Positions 39,056-52,850 of a stretch of DNA of 64,000 bases are shown piece by piece. How positions within the stretch are numbered: the stretch's first letter is position 1; every line of letters starts with the position of its first letter. The notes below the pieces were generated by a model. That model was given only the letters and a program-made list of their open reading frames with translations, had not been told where the DNA came from and did not search any database. The position numbers and the translations under genes are program-made. Origin of the DNA: Hemiscyllium ocellatum (Eukaryota); assembly GCF_020745735.1 (NCBI RefSeq), contig NC_083406.1, positions 29,386,255-29,450,254 of the forward strand, written 5' to 3'.

Positions 39056-40770
39056 TTAAGAATTGCTGGTGAAACTCAGCAGGTCTGGCATTATCAGGAG
39101 GAGAGAAAGCAGAGTTAATACTTCAAGTCCAGTGATCCTACTTCAAAACTGATGACGTCTGGGTGAAAGTGGTTTTTGTTCACAGTGGTATAAGAGAAGG
39201 AGTGGCGTGGGGGGCTAGGGATTAAGCTGATAGGTGGAGATGGAGTCCAGAGAGTGAGCTACAAAGGAATGGTTAATAGTAAGGCAGGGAAGAAGACGAG
39301 CTGGAGAGGAGATAAGAGGGACTATGAATGGGTGAAAATGGGTCAACTGTGCTGAAAGCAGCCCATGTCATGAATCTGGGGTTTTGGGGGTGAATAGTAC
39401 ACATGGAAGGAGGTTTTCAGACGCTAAAATTATTGAACTTGATATTAAGTCCTGAAGGCAGCACGGCCCCCCCAGCAAACATTGAGGTGCTGCTCTTCTA
39501 GCTTGTACTAAACCCGACTGGAACAATGCAGCAGACCCGAGATTGAAATATTGCCGTGGAAAAATGGGGGAGTGTTGAAATGGCAGGCAAAAGGAAGTTT
39601 GGGGTCATTTATATGAACAGAACGTAAGTGTTTGGCAAAGTAGTCATCCACCCTGCATTTGCCTCCCCAGTGTAAAGGAGACCACATTGTGAGCAGCAAA
39701 TACCACAGACTAGTCTGAGTGAAGTGCAGGTAAATCACTGCTTCACCCGGAAAGTGTATCTGGAGCCTTGCACACTGAGAAGGGAGGGGGTTAACAGGCA
39801 AGTGTTGCACCTTCTGCAATGGCACAGGGAGGTGCCGTGGGGAGATATTGGGAATTGGAGGAAGAGTGCACCAGGATGTCCCAGGTGGACATTTCTGATG
39901 CATCACCTGCAGTAGATAGCATCATCAGAACAGGTTCAACAGAGACAGAGAAACTGGAAGAATGGAATAGAGTTTTTACAGGAAGCAGGGTGTGAGGATG
40001 TACAGTCAAGGTAACTGTGGGACTCAGTGGATTTGTAGTAAATATTGGTGGCCAGCCTATCCCCACAAGTGCAAATAAACATTTTGGGGAAGGTAAGGGA
40101 GGAGTCAGAGATGGATCAGGTGAAGGTGAGAGCAGGGTGGAAAATGAAAACAAATTTGATGAATTTTTCCAATTCTGGATGAGAGAGAAGCAGCTCCAAT
40201 GATGTCATCAATATATCGGAGAAAGAGTTGTGGCGGGGACTGGAGTTGGGCTGGAACAAGGAACGTTCCACGTGCCTCACAAAGAGACAGGCATAACTGG
40301 GGCCCATGTGAGTACCCAGGGTCACACTTTTGACCTGGAGGGTGGTGGTGGACGTAGTAGGGGGTGGTGGTGGTGTTGGGGATCGGGGGGAGATGGGCAG
40401 AGATCCCCCAATGAGATGAGGTTAGTGACAGTCCATGGACATAAAAGCCTGATGTGCCATGGTGGGGTCATGATCCAAGGGAGCTAGGTGGAGGTGTCTG
40501 AGAGCTGAAGCACAGCCATCACAATGTAGAGGTCAGTGCAGCAGACAACAACAGCACCAACCTGATGGCAGGCTAGAATACAAAGGCAGGATTGGATCAG
40601 ACAGCACAGAGTGCAGTCAGTTCAGTGGGAGATTAATTCTAATGGGTGAGGGCAGCAGAGAAATTAAAGTGACCAATGTCACATAGAGGTAGATGGTTCT
40701 CAATGCGTTGAATGTCTCTAGCAATTTTTGCTTTTGTTTCCAATTTCCAGCATCGCAGTTATGAGTTTTG
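39056..40770 (-). mobile_element. Older Penelope-like element: RT and GIY-YIG remnants with a short inverted 3' terminus at the right end; probable 14-bp TSD
   Basis: Minus-strand GTHMGPSYACLF (PLE RT motif B) and decayed GIY-YIG (...YFAKHLRSV...FACHFN). caacaataaacaat 39042-39055 vs caataataaacaat 40771-40784. Decayed hammerhead at 39113-39150. Confidence 0.8.
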
Positions 40771-40819
40771 CAATAATAAACAATATTTCTTTTCTATTCT
40801 GAAAGAGTTTATTAAAAGA

Positions 40820-41235
40820 GATAATTTTGCATTTTTGTAGCGCCTTTCATGACTGCTGCGCATGCCAAAGTGCTTTCCAGCCAATGGAGCTGAGAATGTA
40901 AGAAATACAGCTCCCAATTTGCACACGTGTGTTTCCACAAACAAAAATTTGATCATGCCTTGCCTATCTTTTGTTTTTTTTTAACAATAAACATTAATAA
41001 AACACCAGGAATAATTCCTCTTTTCTTGAAATAGTATCATGGGATCTTTGATATTCACCTGAGAGGGCTGCTGCCTTTTGGTTGAATATTGCATCTGAAA
41101 AATGGCTCATCTGACAGAACTGTAATCCCTCTGTGCAGAGCAGCAGCAAAGCTTTTTAGATTTAAGTCCTGGAGGGGGACTGGAGCGTATGAGCTTCTAA
41201 CTCAGAGACATGAGTGCCATCATCTGAGTTGCAGC
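40820..41235 (-). mobile_element. DeuSINE (SacSINE1/AmnSINE-like)
   Basis: catgggatctttgatattcacctgagaggg...catctgaaa Deu-domain; L2-like tail ttgcatttttgtagcgcctttcatgac. Confidence 0.7.
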
Positions 41236-41598
41236 TAACACAGAAGATGAAGTGTCAACACAGAGAGAGATGAAGTAGGGTGAAAGATAAATACTAACAT
41301 GAAACGGTTTGGCTAAATATTTTTATGTTCTAGCAACCACGTTTTCGAGGCAATAGTACTTTCTAAGCAATTAATTTTGGCATTTTGGATTGCATTTAAA
41401 ATAGGAAAAATCCCAGGTCTTCAAATTTCGATTCAAATGGCTATAAACAGTATGGTCAAAGTCAATTTATGTTTGCTTATTTTTAATTAATCATTTTCTA
41501 TGAATTTCCCCCTTACAATCCAAAAACACCTCAGGGAAGTCTCCAAAATAGGATGAGTCTGGTGCTGTGGGAAACAAAGTTAATAATCAAGCACTGAC

Positions 41599-41760
41599 CT
41601 TGACTAAGAGCAGCATGGACTTTCTCCATGTCAACTTTCACCTTTGCCCTTCCTGGAGTGGTTAGCATTTTATCCCAAACTGTAGAAACCTCTTTTTGAC
41701 AAAGCACAAACTCTTCATAATCCAGTTTTACCTTCCTGGTCTGAAGCTCATCTCTGCTCG
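41599..41760 (-). CDS. TBC1D4: TBC1D4 exon (human exon 15 equivalent), 162 nt: [55 protein letters not shown]
   Basis: Not in the ORF track; translated by hand. Acceptor atatttacag|CG AGC, donor CAA G|gtcagt; 2 + 53 codons + 1 nt. Confidence 0.95.
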
Positions 41761-43186
41761 CTGTAAATATAGATTTGAAAAATTCACCCAGTTAATAACT
41801 CTCTGACCGCATATCAGAACAACATTCAGAAAGAGCTAGGAAGGGAGAGGCAATTTCACCTCGATTCCTTCGAGATGATTATTTTTGCATCTTTAAGAAC
41901 AGAACGTGTGATCTACTAGGACTGCATTAAGCAAGAGGTGGAACATTAACATCCAAAGACAGATTGAGATATAAGAATTCAGCCAGTGGCATGTCAGACC
42001 TCATGCTACATGGCAAAAAGTCACCACTTGTAGCATGAATAATACTAATTCACACTTATTAACAGTAAACCTTTTTAATTATGTCAACTTTGTCCCATAA
42101 AATAGTGCACATTTCACTAGACACTAATATGAATATTCAGTAAAGAGTGTTGACAAAATCCCAGTATTATTTCTTCCACAATTAAAGATATGTGTCTAAC
42201 TTCCTGATAATCATCAATATGGGGTGTGCCTGTGTATTTAACGTTCTGACTAAGCTAGCCTCAACAAGTAGCAATGATGCACACAAGTAAAGTGATACTA
42301 ATGTGACATGAATTACTTATAAATAAAATTTAAATTTGAAAACATCCGTGCCTCTCAATAAATGCTTTCAAAAGGTCTTAAGTTTATGGCAATCGAGTTG
42401 GACAGGAATATTCGTGCATTAATAGAGAGTCTCCCAGTTTGATCAGGAAGCACTTTCTAGTGCAGTCTTGGCTGAGGCTTTGACAGCTGAAAGCAGCAAA
42501 GTTTTCACTGTCATGTGATAACATGTTTCCTGCACATACCACAGTCGCTTTGAATTGACTTGTGGGCAATGAAGCAACGCAAGAGAGTGGAGGTGGCACA
42601 CACTTCCAGTTCTGTTGTCAGGAACAGCTCATCACTGACAAACTATTGTCCTTTGTCTGGGAACATATGTCTCAAATAGAATGCTGATTTTGCACCTACC
42701 CTATCAAATATTCCATAGAAATTTTAACTGAGGTTATATCAGGTGGGTATAAAACCAACAGTGAATCCACTCCAATCAGGATCCTAAGTGATAGATGAAT
42801 TAAAATTGCTTCCCATTGGGTGGTCTTTAAAATTAATGGATAGAACCACTGAATGGACAAGGCAGTGAATCTGCACAGTTACTGCCTTTGCTGCTGAGTA
42901 CATGTATCTCTGGGCATTGCGGTGCGTCGAGGTAAAACGAACAAAGTGAAATTCACAGCTGACCTTAGAGGAACCAATGTGGGAGATCTCACTGTACAAG
43001 AACAGATACATGCATAGTTTTTACCTGTAAACCTGCTGTAAGCCAAAGAAGTATTTTTGAACTGTAGTCACGTTGTAATGTAGGAAATCCAGCAGCCAAT
43101 GAGCTCAAATCAATTTCCATGAACGGCAATGTCTGAAGAACCTGTTGTTCTGGATAAATGCTGGCTATAAGAAAAATATAGCCTTG

Positions 43187-43489
43187 GGGCAGCATGGTGG
43201 CTCAGTGGTTAGCACTGCTGCCTTACAGTACCAGGAACCTGGGTTCAATTCCAGCCATGGGCGATTATCTGTGTGGAGTTTGCACATTCTTCCAGTGCCT
43301 GCGTGGGTTTCCTCTGGGTGTTCCGGTTTCCTCCCACAGTCTAAAGATGTGCAGGTCAGGTGAATTGGCCATGCTAAATTGCCCAGAGTGTTAGGTGCAT
43401 TAGTCAGCGGTAAATGTTGGGGAACTGGTCTGAGTTGGTTACTCTTCAGAGGGTCAGTGTGGCCTGTTACCACACTGTACAGAATCTAA
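43187..43489 (+). mobile_element. HE1-type V-SINE, full length
   Basis: A box tggctcagtgg, B box ggttcaattcc, V-domain, CR1-derived tail. Confidence 0.92.
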
Positions 43490-45953
43490 ATGTATGGGGC
43501 CCTGGTTTAGAATTAATCTGAAAGACTATTCGAAATGCATTGTTTATAAGACTATTATATGTTTGGACTATCTCTTTAAAGAAGATGGGTGATGAAGGGA
43601 CTTGCTGTGATTCTAACAAGCCCTGGTTGCTGTGGTGCATCTGGCCAGGGTGAGGGGATGCAGGGTAATTCATTGGAAAAGAGTTTCTGGAAGTTCATAC
43701 CTGTAGACAGTGGAAAAAGCATCTGTGCTGATAGTGGGTCAATTGAAAGTCTATAAATCTCATAGGGAAGAGTTAGAAATATGAGACGTTACAAACAGCT
43801 ACACTTTAAATGCCTGCTTAAGGCAGATTTTTTAATGAGAGATTTTGGACGTCCTTGAGAAATTGCTGGGGGTATTCCAGTCTGTGTGCAGCACACTTAA
43901 GGAATGGCAGCTGAACATCCTGCCTACCAACAAGTCCGACACAATTTCCAAGGCAACACGAGGTATGGCAATAGGCTTCAAACGGTTTCAGTCACTGTGA
44001 CCAATTTCAAGAGAGTCCAGATTCCCTCAGCTGTTCATTTAATTATTAATGCCATTTTTAAAATTATAAACCATGTCCTTGTGAAGACAACCATTGAGTA
44101 CTGTTTACTGAGGATTCATCCCCACGTTACAGCGTCACATCAATACAAGCATATGCTCAGGGCATCAAAATGCTTTTAAGCTTTTGAGGATTAATTTCAA
44201 TTCTCCAAGATTGGAGCAAAACCTTGCAAACTTTAACTTGATACAATTCTTGAAAATAAACACATTACACAGTGCTGTTACGTAGAAGGGTGTGTGAAGG
44301 GTTTATCAGAACAGGCTGCTGTTGTAATCTATACCAACATGAAATGTAAGAAATATCCAGATTCTTCACTAAATTAAACATCGACAGTCAATCATTTCAG
44401 ATTTGATCGAAATGTTTTTACAAAATTATTCTGAGATTTCTGCCATAGTGGACAGGCAATCATTTATTGTCTGCCTTTAACTACCTCTGAGAAGGTGGGG
44501 GTGAGATGCCTTCTTGAATTGCTGCAGTGCATGTGGTGTGGGTACATCCACAGTGCTGTTAGGGATGAAGTTCAACAGAAACACTGGAGGAATGGTGTCA
44601 TAGTTCCAAGTCAAGATGGTTTGTGGCTTGGAGGAACACCTACGGGCAGAGATGTTCCCACGCTGCCTTTGTCTTTCCAGGTTCCGGGATTTGGATGGAG
44701 CTGCCAATGTCTTAATGTTTTTTTTTGCAGCTGTGATGTTTTTTACATGGCCAGTGTGCATCTGTGGTGGATGGAGTGAATGTTTAGAGTGAAGGAAGGT
44801 TTACCAGTCAAGTAGGTTGCTTTGTTTTGAACAGTGACAAGTTTCTCGATTGTCTTTGGAGCTACACCTATCCAGGCAAATGGAGTTAAACCCCTGACCT
44901 GTGCCTCCTATGGCACAGATGGTCAATCATTTGCATTAGAATTCCCAGGGAACTATTATATGCTCTTGGAATTCATGGAAAAAACAAAGCACTCCTCATA
45001 TAAACCTCAGAACAGATGTGGGGACATCTTTGTGGTAAATTATATCATTTTAACATGCAGCTAATTCCAATCTGTTATTGGTATAAATCGTGGAGGCAAT
45101 CTCATCTCACCCCATGATGTTGGTAGTTAAATATTTGAGTACCATCTGAGACAGCCATCAATATTTCAGAAAGCAGAGTAATTAAGCAGCAAGAAAGCAA
45201 ACTTCACTGGGGTATGAAATGAGGGAGAGAGAAAAAGATTGCAAGATCAGTTTCCACTGCTTGGGGTGTGGGTTAACAAATTTTGATGACTCTTACACTA
45301 ATCCTAGCATTTATGTGAGACCATTTTTTTTGTCAGTTTCTCCATGATATAAATCTCCTCTGCTAGGAAGCAATCAGTGAATGAAAAGAGACAAAGTTTA
45401 TTTGGACTCCAATCCTGCCTGAATTAAACACAGTAGCAGGGCTAACTGCCATGTCAAATCTGAGGCAAGACTTTCACAGGAATGGATCTTTAGCAGTCAT
45501 CAGGATGCAAGCAGCCAGTGGAAGGAGGTCCGACCAACACACATCTAACAGTGCACAATTTCAGTAATTCAGTTGTTTTGATGTTAACTTACTGGTGGCA
45601 GTCTCTGGTGGCTCCTTTAAGTGTTGCACATTCAACTGTGTTAAACACAAAAAAATTTGACAAAATCGTTTGACTGCGAGCAAAAATGGTAAACGTGTCT
45701 CTTACAGCATTAAGCCCACTTCCTTCAAAAGCCCAGGACCGAATGTTGGTGTCAGTTGAGAGTTTGAGAGTGGCCTAACTAATCCTAGTGCCAAATAAGC
45801 TCATGCCCATCATTCGTTGCAGTGACCCCATCAGCATCTATTTCTTTAACAGATGCTTTTTGAGGAACAGTTCTTCCTTTAATGCTCAAAGGCACGATCA
45901 CGACCTTAACAGGTATCTCTGAGAATACACTTTACGCTTTGATGCAAACCAAC

Positions 45954-46163
45954 CTTCCAGCCTTTGGTTTTCCTTCTCCATCCGAAGCAATAGGATCTGC
46001 TGACAGATGGCCTTTCTCCACATGATCCGCAGCTCCTCAGAAGAGTGTTTCTTCTTCTCTCCAACGGGGGCATCATCCGCCATCAGCAGGGAGGCTAAGG
46101 GATCCTCTTCCACAGCTGGAGTGAGCGGTGAAAGCGGTGGCAGCTCAATGCTTTCAAGATGAT
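45954..46163 (-). CDS. TBC1D4: TBC1D4 exon (human exon 14 equivalent), 210 nt, containing the calmodulin-binding helix LRIMWRKAICQQILLLRMEKENQRLE
   Basis: Acceptor tctttctgtttctgcag|AT CAT, donor GAA G|gttggt. Phase 1-1 keeps the frame; lies within ORF 45898..46404. Confidence 0.95.
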
Positions 46164-47059
46164 CTGCAGAAACAGAAAGACCAAGTTTCTTATGCCAACT
46201 GTCTAGCTTCATAGAAGTAGAATACAGACTCCCTTTTCCACAGTCACCTTTACACAAAAGCACAAGAAAACAAGGACGCAAATAGGCATTTGATCCCTTC
46301 AGCAGCACCAAGCATGAATTACTCTCCATAATCCCCACCCCAGTTACTTCAGTGGTGGACAACTTTGTACAAAATTCCTCCCTGATCCCCAAAAAGATAA
46401 TCAAGCAGAACTATCGGCCAGATTTTGTAGTTGTCATGGGGATGAAACTATCAATATTTAACGTCATTACTTTGTGCAACTGACAGCGATGTCCACTGTC
46501 TGCACTTGTGTACTTAAATGTAAAAATCTAGGAGTTTGAATCAGGGACACTCTGCTCCTCCAAAGGGTGTACTGTTGCAAACCTTTGCAGGTGTAATCAA
46601 CGTCACAATTAGGAATTGGATTTGAATTTCAATTATTTCTTCTCGTTGACTGAGGTGTAATTAAGTTTGTAATGTAATGTTTGTAAGTCACAATTACTGC
46701 TGAATAATGTCTCTGGTCATGAACAATTAATTTTAAATATCCGCAATTTTGTTTCTTTCATTCAATTAAAATAAAATCCGTACAGTCTTAAAAGTATAGA
46801 AATTAATCTTCTCTTGATGTTTATGTGATTATAGTTTCTACCTTAATCCCAATCTTTAGTCTTAATCCCAATCTTTATTCTGCTCCCTGCAAAATGATTA
46901 AAACATGAATGATAATCAGTATGGATACAACATGTCACTGTAGCTAAGAAACATGTTGTATTGGGGAAATCAATCCCACAGACTCAAGGAGAGTTTCCTT
47001 GAAGGTTAGGAAAGAACCTAGGCCCTTTATACTAAACATGAAATCCATGCAACTGTATG

Positions 47060-48340
47060 AACATAGGAATAGGGGGTCAGCTGTTTATCTTCTTCAGTAC
47101 ATTCCACCATTCAACCTGACTGCACCTATGTGCTCTTGCCACATATCCCTTAACACTTTAGACTAACAAAAATAAAGACACTCGGTTATAAATTTAACTT
47201 TTGACCTTGGATCAATTGTTGTTTGTGTAAGAGAGTTCAAAACAGTCCACAGCTTTTGTGTGTAAAAGTGTTTCCTAACATATCACACCGTGCCCACAGC
47301 TCTGGGCTCCCCAGTAAGTGGAAATAGATTCTCTCTACTGGTTTCCTAATATCAGGAAAACCTTGATCAAATCACACAAATTCCAGAAAATTGCACCTGG
47401 TAGCTCATCCATTGGATGCTATAAATCTCTGCTGCATCTTTACGGCTAATATATCTTTCCAAAACATGGTGTTGGACACTGCTGGGTATTATTCTAGATG
47501 TGGTCTTCACAGGGTTTCTGTGACTGAAGCATAACTTCCGACCGTTGTACTTTATTCCTCTCAAGATAATGATCACCTCTCCACGAAGCTTTGTGATTAT
47601 TTTCTGCATCTGTTTATGCTTTACAGAGCCGTGTATCTGAAGCCCAAACCTCTTTGGACCTCTCCTATTCCTTTGCCTTGCACCATTTAAAAACTACTCT
47701 GTTCCATCCTTTGTATGTTCAATAGTTGAATTTACATTTGTCTGTACTGAAATCCATTCATCATTGTTTTTGCCCAGTTGTTTAATTTAATCTATTAATA
47801 TTGCTTGATAATTTTATGCTTCCATCTGCATCACTTAAGTTATGACCTACCATTGTATCATCAGTTACTTTGTGACTTTCAGTCCCATTGTCTAAAGTTG
47901 CTAAAGATCACAATGACTTGTGAAGATACATTACTATCTTCTTGGAGGCACTATTAGTCACATCCTGCCAATAAGAGTACTTGCCCATTCTCCCCACATT
48001 CTGTTTCCTTCCCGCCTGCTAATTTCCTAACCATGTTGACAATAACCTTCAATTTTATTCACTTCAAATTTAGCTAACTCCTTCCTTAAGAGGGACTTTA
48101 ATATCTTCTGGATATCGAAACACACACACACAGAAAAACATGGACATTCCCTTGTTGGCTTAAACATTCAGACATGATCTACCCTTTACAAATCCATGCT
48201 GGCTCTCTGACCAGTTAAACGTTTAAAAAGTTCCATCATCAAATCTTTAGTTATAGATTTCAGCAAATACCTGACAATAGATGTTAAGCTAATCAGTGTC
48301 TACTTCCTTAATTTCCCTCTGTCACCTTTCTAAATGGTGT
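47060..48340 (-). mobile_element. Old CR1 remnant
   Basis: Decayed RT and 3' pieces (QHGFVKGRSCL reverse at about 48170-48200). Confidence 0.65.
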
Positions 48341-48519
48341 GCCCTTGTCCTTCAATCACATTTTGTGTAGAGTTAACATCAATCAATGAGTGCTCAATGC
48401 CAATCATACTCTACCCACTGTTAAAGGTCAAGGGATAAATTTTCATCTCCATCATTAAAGAAAACTACCTACTCACGGCAGATCTCACTGAATGATGACC
48501 TGTCAAGCTATTGATCACC

Positions 48520-48866
48520 GGACAGCATGGTAGCTCAGTGGTTCGCACTGCTACCTCACAGCGCCAGGGACCCGGGTTTGATTCCAGCCTCAGGCAACTG
48601 TCTGTGTGGAGTTTGCACATCCTCCCTGCGTCTGCATGGGTTTCCTCCCATTGCTCCGGTTTCCCCCCACAATCCAAAGATGTGCAGGTTAGGTGAACTG
48701 GCCATACTAAATTACTCGTAGTGTTCAGGGATGTGTAGATTAGGTGCATTAGTCAGGAGTAAATATAGGGTAGAGAAATGGGTCTGGGTGGGTTACTCTT
48801 TGGAGGGTCGGTGTGGACTTGTTGGGCCGAAGGCCTGTTTCCACACTGTAGGGATTCTAATTCTAA
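48520..48866 (+). mobile_element. HE1-type V-SINE, full length
   Basis: As above; ends about 84 nt from the exon donor at 48950. Confidence 0.92.
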
Positions 48867-48949
48867 TATGTTATGTGCAACATTCCCAAGTTGATATTAA
48901 GAGGTCCTCCTACAACAAAACATCTCCTCACATCTCTGGAATACTGTAC

Positions 48950-49122
48950 CTTCCAAAGTTCCTTTCTGCTGCATGGCCGCAGAGGACTTGTTCATGGGTG
49001 AGGCGACGCGTAGAAAGATCCGCTGGCGCCAAGAGATTCGCCGAGGAGTGAGGATACCCCCTCCTCCACTCAACGACTCAGTGCTGCAGCCAGAAAAGGC
49101 CCTTCTCCTGCCTTCACCATCA
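48950..49122 (-). CDS. TBC1D4: TBC1D4 coding exon (equivalent of human exon 13), 173 nt, phase 2 to 1: [57 protein letters not shown]
   Basis: Acceptor ttcctttttctgctttag|T GAT; first phase-compatible donor GAA G|gtacag. [22 protein letters not shown] matches vertebrate TBC1D4 as recalled. The 3' boundary is the least certain of the nine exons. Confidence 0.9.
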
Positions 49123-50149
49123 CTAAAGCAGAAAAAGGAAAGCATTCACAGAGACAAATACCATAACCAAGAACACATTGAACCCATTGTCTCCAGCACT
49201 GATCACTCCTCAGTGAGGAAGTAAACAGTGGCCAAATGTAACATGGTATTGAGGTGCAGCAAAAAGGGCACACACTTATTAAATAGTCCCATGAAGAAGA
49301 AATTTCATCCTATTGGCGTGAACACAAATTAGTGATAAAAGATGATTAAACAGCTAAATGGATTACATGTATACTTCTCTGACTTTTTCCAACAAATAAG
49401 GAAGTTAAACTGCGAAGTGAAACTGCTACTAACCAGGACGTTTGCTTCTTTTCTTCATTTATAGAATTACTGTGTCAATGTGTGAACTTCTCATTTCAGC
49501 ACCAACAGTGAACAGCATAAATCCAAGATCAACATGCAAACAGCATAAGGTACTAAGCTTTCCACTGATCGTGATCTGGAAAAGATTTATCCTTACTCTA
49601 CCAGTCACACTTGCCTTTTTTTTAAATGTAATGCGCCCAAATTACTTATTTGTAAATAAATACGAGTGCTTACGGCACTTAAGCAGGCCATTAGACTCAT
49701 GTGCCTGTGCTGGTACTCTGCAAGATCAAACGAGCCAGTACGACTCCTGGCCTTGTATCTGCAGCCCAACAAATTTTCTCTCGACATAAGGCTATTACAA
49801 TGCTCTTTTAAAGCTACAAATGAAGCTGCCTCCACCACATCCTCAAACAGTGCACTGAAGATCCTAACAACACATGTAAAAACATTTTTGTTTATATATG
49901 TCAGAGTCCAGTGTTCCTTTACCTCACCACTAAAGGGCAGTTTCTTTCCCCCATGTCTAGATCTCACATGTTTTTGAAAATCTCTATCAAATTTCCTCTC
50001 AACCTTCCACAAAGCAGAACCTCAGCTTCTCTAATTTATCCATATCAGTGAAGTTCTTCCAATGGGGGCTTCCAGATTACTTTAAAACCTAGCCCCATCT
50101 ATTTGTTATGTGCTAAAAGTGAAACACAAACAAACTGCACTTCTGATTT

Positions 50150-52850
50150 ACTTCATCTGTACTCAAAACTCCACTCTCCTTGGCTGCAGATATTAACAGC
50201 ATTTACTTCCCTACGACCATCGTCTTATTCATACTGATTTCTTTCAATTCTCACAGGACCTTTGGATTCCTAACATTTATGGGAGAGTACCTTCTGTGAG
50301 AAAAGAACCAAAGTATGTGTTCAACTCTACTGACATTTCTTTGTTCCCCATTATATTTTCCCTGGCTTCCATCTGTCTGGGACCTATATCTATGTTTACA
50401 AACCTTTCTCTCTTCACATATTTATAGAAGCTTTTACAGTCAATCTTATGTTCCCTGCAGATTTACTCTCATACTCTATTTTCCGAGTCATGATCAAACT
50501 TCTTGTCCTGTTTCCCTGAATTCTTACATATTCCCAATCCTTAAACTTGCCATTTTTCTGGCAATTTTATACATCGCTTTGTCTCTAATATTACTCTTAA
50601 TAGATTTCTGTAAGCCATAGCCGAGCCACCTTTCCTCATTTATTTTTACACCAGAGAGAAAAAGAAATAACAGTTGTGATTCATGCACATGTTCTTTAAA
50701 CATTACAAAACAGCTTGATGGTGGATAGATGAAGTTCCCCAATCTATCCTTCCCATTTTGCGCTCATACCCTCATAGCCTCCCTTTACTTAGATTCAGGA
50801 CCCTAGTTTCGATTTGAATACTTCACTCTCCATTCTAAAGAAGAATTCTATCACATTATAATCGCTCTTCCCTAAGGGACTTCACATACAAGACTGTTAA
50901 TTAATCCTTTCTCATTGCTCAGTACTCACTCTGGAATAACCTATCCACCAGTTGGTTCCTCAAGCTATTGGACTAAAAACCCATCATGTATACATTCAAG
51001 GAAATCCTCCTCCACAATATCATTATTACTCTGGTTTGATCGATCTACATGTAAATTATAGTCATCCATGATTATATTTTTATTCTTAATGGTTCATACT
51101 TTTCCTTACATTTCCTATTGTTTAGGAGTGTAGCTCAGTTGCCTGGATGATTGATTTATGATGCAGAGAGACACTAACAATGTGGGTTCATTTCCCACAC
51201 CAACTGAAGTTACCCTCTCACCTGTCTTGAGGTATGGTAACTCTCAGGTTAAACAACCACCAGTCTCTCTCTGTAATGAGATAGCACGCCTATTGTCCGG
51301 TAGGACTTGAGACTTTATCTTTTTATAGACAAATCCCCAATAATGCTTTTTACCTCATGCTGCTGATTCCACATCATAATTTTTCAAGCCAATACCTTTC
51401 CCCAATATTGCACTGATTTCACCTTTTACTGACAATGTTCCCACACATCTTTTCCCTTTCTGTCTTTTTTTCCGAATTAATGAATATCCCGGATGTTCAC
51501 TTCCCATTCTTGGTCACCCTGGAGCAACATCTCCATTAATGATTTGGGAAGGGGGTGTGTGTGTGTGTGTCTCTCCTTCCATGGATACCACGACTATATG
51601 TAAACTACAAAGGACCGCGCAATCAGACAAATCAATGGGGGGGGGGACAAAATGAATTGGTCTGGGGCAAACCTCAAACATGCAGCTCCAAATGCAGGAT
51701 GACAAATCAGATGGGGAGGACTGAACGTATATCACAACAGTTTGTACCAATTCACACTGCTAATTCATCTACCTTATTGTGAATGCTTCATGCATTAAGA
51801 TGCAAAGCCTTTATACTTGGCTTTCTAACCCTGTTAGTCATCTTAGCTCTATTTGGCACTAGGTTCCTATTTATCTTTCACCTTTTTTTCTGACGACCAC
51901 TTTTGCTTCTTATCTTTCTGATTTTATTATGTTTTAATCTCGGTATCTCCCTCCTCTGTCTTCCTACTCAGGTTTCCATCCTACATCATTCTAGCATAAC
52001 CCCTCCCTGACAGCACTCACGAACACCCCAAACCAGGAACGTTCATCCTAGTCCTGCCCAGTTACGACCCATCCTGCTTATACTGGTCCTACCTTCCCCA
52101 GAACCAATCCAATGCCCCAGGAATCTGGATCCATTCCTCCTACACTATTCCCTAGACACATATTCATCTGATAGATCATTTTACTCCTGCTAGCACAGGG
52201 TGCTGATCATGATCATGAGATGACTACCTTTGACGTTGTACTTTCTAATTTACATTCTAACTCACTATATTCTGCTTGTAGAACCTCTGTTTTTTTTATG
52301 CTATGTTATTGGTACTGATATGTATATTGACCACCGGCTGTTCACCTTCCTCCTTACGAAAATCTTGCAGCTGCTCAGAGCGTCCTTGACCCTGGCACCC
52401 TGGAGGCAATATTCTATCCTGGAATCTTTTTTGCAGCCATTTATCCCCTTACTGAGGAGTTCCCTGCCATTCTTCTTCCTGCCCTTGGGCACTGGAGCCT
52501 TCCAGGATGCTGCGGAGCTGGTTCCTGCTACAAATCCGTTATAAGTCCAATCCTGAGCAGTAACCAAATCAGTGTATCTGTTGGAAATGGGGTCAGCTAC
52601 AGGCAACTCCTGCACTACTTGCCTTCCTCCTCTCTGCCTGATTGTCACTAATCTGCTTTCTGCATTTTATCTGTGGTGTGACCACCTTTGTCCACTATAA
52701 CCTTAGCATCATGAATGCTCCACAGCATGTCCACCCACCACTCCACCTCCGAAATGTAACTGGCCAGTAGTTCAACACTGGGACTCACTTCCTGCACATG
52801 CAATCCCCAGAAACATTCCCGCTCCAACTCTCACTTCTTACACTTCCTTA
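50150..52850 (-). mobile_element. CR1 LINE 5' half: ORF1 (Zn-finger plus SGNH esterase) and ORF2 endonuclease remnants
   Basis: MCRK knuckle at about 52790; VVQELPVADPISNRY...CLQGARVKD (ORF 52301..52648) is typical CR1 ORF1; ORF2 fragments at 50300-51800. Confidence 0.8.
51125..51325 (+). mobile_element. Short tRNA-headed SINE (unnamed); other copies at about 28790-28915 (+) and about 32460-32570 (-)
   Basis: gtagctcagtt...gggttcatttccc head; shared tgaggcgtggtgaccctcaggttaaaccaccaccag core. Confidence 0.7.

Noticed and set aside
43187-43260. tRNA-like A/B boxes
   Set aside because: SINE heads, not tRNA genes; they continue into V-domain and LINE-tail sequence.
5337-49122. Assignment of the gene to TBC1D1
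   Set aside because: [41 protein letters not shown] and the KIGNNKP terminus are TBC1D4-type.
49605-50012. Minus ORF containing an Akt-like RSRTGS motif and a gtaagc donor
   Set aside because: Enters in phase 2 but exits in phase 0, has a weak acceptor, and overlaps a decayed CR1 tail.
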